This document shows positions 35,622 to 37,606 of a DNA stretch of 37,606 nt, piece after piece. Under the pieces are notes generated by a model that was not told where the DNA came from, ran no database searches, and saw only the letters and a list, made by a program, of their open reading frames with translations. Each line of letters begins with the position of its first letter. Positions within the stretch are counted from its first letter, which is position 1. The DNA comes from Erysipelotrichaceae bacterium (GTDB taxonomy: Bacteria; Bacillota_I; Bacilli_A; Erysipelotrichales; Erysipelotrichaceae), in assembly GCA_049684955.1 (NCBI GenBank), contig JBAVGP010000188.1, positions 1-37,606 of the forward strand, in the 5' to 3' direction. The position numbers and the translations under genes are program-made.

Positions 35622-36131
35622 ATGAAACCACTCAAACACACATTTCAACTATTATTAGCCTTGGTCTTGTTCAGCGGATGCGCTTCATCCAAGCAATTCG
35701 ACGAATTCCTATATGGAAAAGCCAGCCCGGCATTCAGCAAAGATACCCAGGATACCGCTTCATTGGCTACGGAGACAAAAACCGGTTCGAACGGGACCGA
35801 CACCGTCAGCGCATCGACCAAACCGGCATCCGGCACACCGGGTACACCTTATACCGATGCGACCTCTTCCGCGACGAAACCGGCAAGTTCAGGTTCGACC
35901 GCTTCGACCGGCACCGATACCACGACTTCCGCGACGAAACCGGCAAGTTCAGGTTCGACTGCTTCAACCGGTACCGATACCACGACTTCCGCCACCCCGA
36001 AGGGAACCGTGATCGGTTCATCGGATGATCAAGGCGAAAACGAAACGGAAGAAATCGAGAATGAAAAAGATGATGAACATGAAGAAGAGAGTACGAAACC
36101 TGAAGAACATGAAGAAGAGAATGACGATTAA
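35622..36131 (+). CDS. Low-complexity Ser/Thr-rich lipoprotein with acidic His/Glu-rich tail
   Basis: Signal peptide MKPLKHTFQLLLALVLFSGC with the lipobox LFSG-C. The mature protein is dominated by 20-aa repeats (SATKPASSGSTASTGTDTTT) and ends in DDQGENETEEIENEKDDEHEEESTKPEEHEEENDD. It starts 21 nt after the anti-sigma gene and shares its terminator. Confidence 0.75.
   Translation: MKPLKHTFQLLLALVLFSGCASSKQFDEFLYGKASPAFSKDTQDTASLATETKTGSNGTDTVSASTKPASGTPGTPYTDATSSATKPASSGSTASTGTDTTTSATKPASSGSTASTGTDTTTSATPKGTVIGSSDDQGENETEEIENEKDDEHEEESTKPEEHEEENDD
35866..35992 (+). repeat. 60-bp in-frame tandem repeat, 2.1 copies, inside the lipoprotein gene
   Basis: Copy 1 (35866-35925) and copy 2 (35926-35985) differ at 3 of 60 positions (35900/35960, 35906/35966 and 35912/35972). 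A third copy begins with cttccgc and then diverges. An older, degenerate copy lies upstream (ASTKPASGTPGTPYTDATS). Confidence 0.9.
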
Positions 36132-36152
36132 TATTCAAATCAGTTAAATCAA

Positions 36153-36187
36153 AGCGGATACCCGACATGTTCGGATATCCGCTTTTT
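36153..36187. terminator. Bidirectional rho-independent terminator between the convergent lipoprotein and yitT-family genes
   Basis: GCGGATACCCGA-CATG-TCGGATATCCGC forms a 12-bp stem with one mismatch. It is followed by TTTTTG on the plus strand and preceded by AAA/TTTGATTT in the minus sense. Confidence 0.7.
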
Positions 36188-36207
36188 GTTTGGTTTATCG
36201 AGCTTAC

Positions 36208-37065
36208 CTAGACTTTATAATCGAAACTGAAACCGTTGCCTTTGACTTCATTCGCATCGGTGACGATGATGAAGGCGTTCTTATCGATCATACTGACGAC
36301 TTTGACCAGTTCGGGATATTGATTCTTACTGATGACAGACAAAACGATTTTGCGTGAATCCCCGGTATAACCGCCTTCCGCTTCCAACAAGGTGGTTCCG
36401 CGGTCGAGGAAATCGTGGATCGCCTGGGTGATTTCGCGATAACTGTCGGAGATGATCATGACGCTGCGGGCTTCCTGACCACCAAACAAGAGAATCTTGT
36501 CCAGCGAATAGGCGCATGCCCAGACGGAGATCAATCCGATCAGGACGGCTTCCAGACCATAGACCCAGAATCCCAGCAGGACCGTCAACCCGTCGAAGAC
36601 AAGGACCATCTTCGAAACAGGGACGCCGAAATATTTATTGACGACCAAGGGAGGGACATCCATGCCGCCAGTCGATGCCCCGGTGCGGAAGACCATCCCG
36701 ACGCCGATACCGGCCAGCAGACCGCCATACAGGCTCGCCAGCAAGGGTTCGACATGGACCCCGACATTCCACCCGAGGGATGTGATATAGGTCAGGAAAA
36801 CAGGATACAAGAAGGAACTGAGTGCGGTATGCACGGCGAATTTACGTCCGAGGAAGATCGATCCGATACCGAACAAACCGATGATCAGGATATATATCCA
36901 GTATTGGGCGGCGATATGGGTGATCGGTTCAAGGGCGACCGCGATCCCCGCGACTCCGCCGGATAATACTTTATAAGGTAAGATAAAAAACCCGACCGAA
37001 CATGCCAGGAGAAAATTACCGATGATGACTAACGCGAGATCTTTCAGCGTGGAACGGATTTTCAT
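36208..37065 (-). CDS. YitT-family membrane protein (UPF0750 with C-terminal DUF2179-like domain)
   Basis: 285 aa. LALVIIGNFLLACSVGFFILPYKVLSGGVAGIAVAL, multiple TM helices, and a soluble C-terminal domain (MIISDSYREITQAIHDFLDRGTTLLEAEGGYTGDSRKIV...IIVTDANEVKGNGF). Confidence 0.85.
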   Translation of the reverse strand: MKIRSTLKDLALVIIGNFLLACSVGFFILPYKVLSGGVAGIAVALEPITHIAAQYWIYILIIGLFGIGSIFLGRKFAVHTALSSFLYPVFLTYITSLGWNVGVHVEPLLASLYGGLLAGIGVGMVFRTGASTGGMDVPPLVVNKYFGVPVSKMVLVFDGLTVLLGFWVYGLEAVLIGLISVWACAYSLDKILLFGGQEARSVMIISDSYREITQAIHDFLDRGTTLLEAEGGYTGDSRKIVLSVISKNQYPELVKVVSMIDKNAFIIVTDANEVKGNGFSFDYKV

Positions 37066-37089
37066 GGAAATTCCCCCTTTCGCAGTGTT

Positions 37090-37098
37090 ATTATACCA
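37090..37098 (-). promoter_or_regulatory. Candidate extended -10 promoter (TGgTATAAT) for the yitT-family gene
   Basis: The minus strand reads cgcgtaaTGgTATAATaacactgcgaaaGGGGGaatttccATG. Confidence 0.35.
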
Positions 37099-37133
37099 TT
37101 ACGCGTGAAGGGTTAACACCCCCGGGAGAGCAC

Positions 37134-37553
37134 ATGAAGACCAAACGCAGCGTGTATTTGATCATCTATATCGGCTGGATTCTGATGATTTTCGCTTTCT
37201 CGATGCAAAGCGGGATCATTTCATCGAATTCCAGTAAACCCTTCGTCGAAGTCATCCTCCGTTTCTTCGCGCAGTTCGACATCACCTTGACCTCGCTTTG
37301 GGTATCGACGATTGTCCGTAAAGGCGCGCATTTCACGGAATATGCCGTGTTGGGTTATGTGACGCGCAAGAATGTCGGACTGAATACTCAGCCTCTGTTT
37401 TATCTATCAGGCTTCGTTCCTTTCCTGGATGAAGCACTTCAGACCCAGATCGCGGGTCGCGTCGGATCGCTTGGCGACAGCAGCATTGATCTGGCAGGTT
37501 ATCTCATCGGGATCCTCATCGCACGGCTGACAGACAAACGAAGCGCCATCTGA
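37134..37553 (+). CDS. VanZ-family membrane protein
   Basis: 139 aa with 4 predicted TM helices. RKGAHFTEYAVLGY is the VanZ-like signature. There is a GGGAGAG RBS. Confidence 0.8.
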   Translation: MKTKRSVYLIIYIGWILMIFAFSMQSGIISSNSSKPFVEVILRFFAQFDITLTSLWVSTIVRKGAHFTEYAVLGYVTRKNVGLNTQPLFYLSGFVPFLDEALQTQIAGRVGSLGDSSIDLAGYLIGILIARLTDKRSAI

Positions 37554-37566
37554 CGCTTCGTTTTTA
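37536..37566 (+). terminator. Rho-independent terminator after the VanZ-family gene
   Basis: AAACGAAGCG-CCATCTGA-CGCTTCGTTT is followed by TTTA. The TGA stop sits in the loop. Confidence 0.6.
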
Positions 37567-37606
37567 CTTTGAATTTTGATTGTGCCCCGACCCGAGGAAC
37601 GATTTC

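Noticed and set aside
1-37606. I scanned the window for CRISPR repeats, tRNA or rRNA genes, IS elements and transposases, integrases, toxin-antitoxin pairs and known defence-system hallmarks.
   Set aside because: I recognised none. Every ORF longer than ~130 aa with coding-like composition is accounted for by the annotated genes. The intergenic spacers are short (at most 233 bp) and are explained by promoters and terminators.

Overview
This is a chromosomal window from a Gram-positive, Firmicutes-type genome. It uses the standard genetic code and has roughly mid-range GC (my impression, not counted). Almost all genes lie on the minus strand.

Gene content by region:
- 1-11.7 kb: a cell-wall or capsular polysaccharide locus. 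It comprises a CpsA-type LCP ligase, a CapD/PglF-like dehydratase, an initiating phosphosugar transferase, an atypical SDR, a WbuB-like GT4, FnlA/FnlB/FnlC for UDP-L-FucNAc synthesis, a second GT4, and an EpsG/Wzy-like polymerase cut by the window edge.
- 11.8-24.9 kb: conserved housekeeping genes. These are rapZ-yvcK-whiA, a DJ-1 family gene, trxB, an lgt-HAD (PpaX-like) fusion, hprK, uvrA, uvrB and an S41 Ctp protease.
- 25.1-30.7 kb: two monocistronic accessory genes, each with its own terminator. One is a GH36 alpha-galactosidase. The other is a 1058-aa secreted multidomain S8 subtilase.
- 30.9-33.9 kb: ftsE-ftsX plus a coiled-coil M23 peptidase.
- 34.1-36.1 kb (plus strand): an ECF-type sigma factor, a single-pass anti-sigma factor and a fully low-complexity lipoprotein.
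- 36.2-37.6 kb: a YitT-family gene and a VanZ-family gene.

I saw no rRNA, tRNA, CRISPR array, IS element, integrase or recognisable defence system.

The candidates most worth follow-up are:
- the sigma/anti-sigma/disordered-lipoprotein module, whose two exported proteins share His/Glu-rich acidic tails;
- the Lgt-HAD fusion;
- the polymerase with a WG-repeat-like tail;
- the S8 protease architecture.

None of these is demonstrably a new system from sequence alone. Many long plus-strand ORFs in the track are antisense shadows of real genes. Several track ORFs begin at upstream alternative starts, and I trimmed those to starts supported by a ribosome-binding site (RBS).
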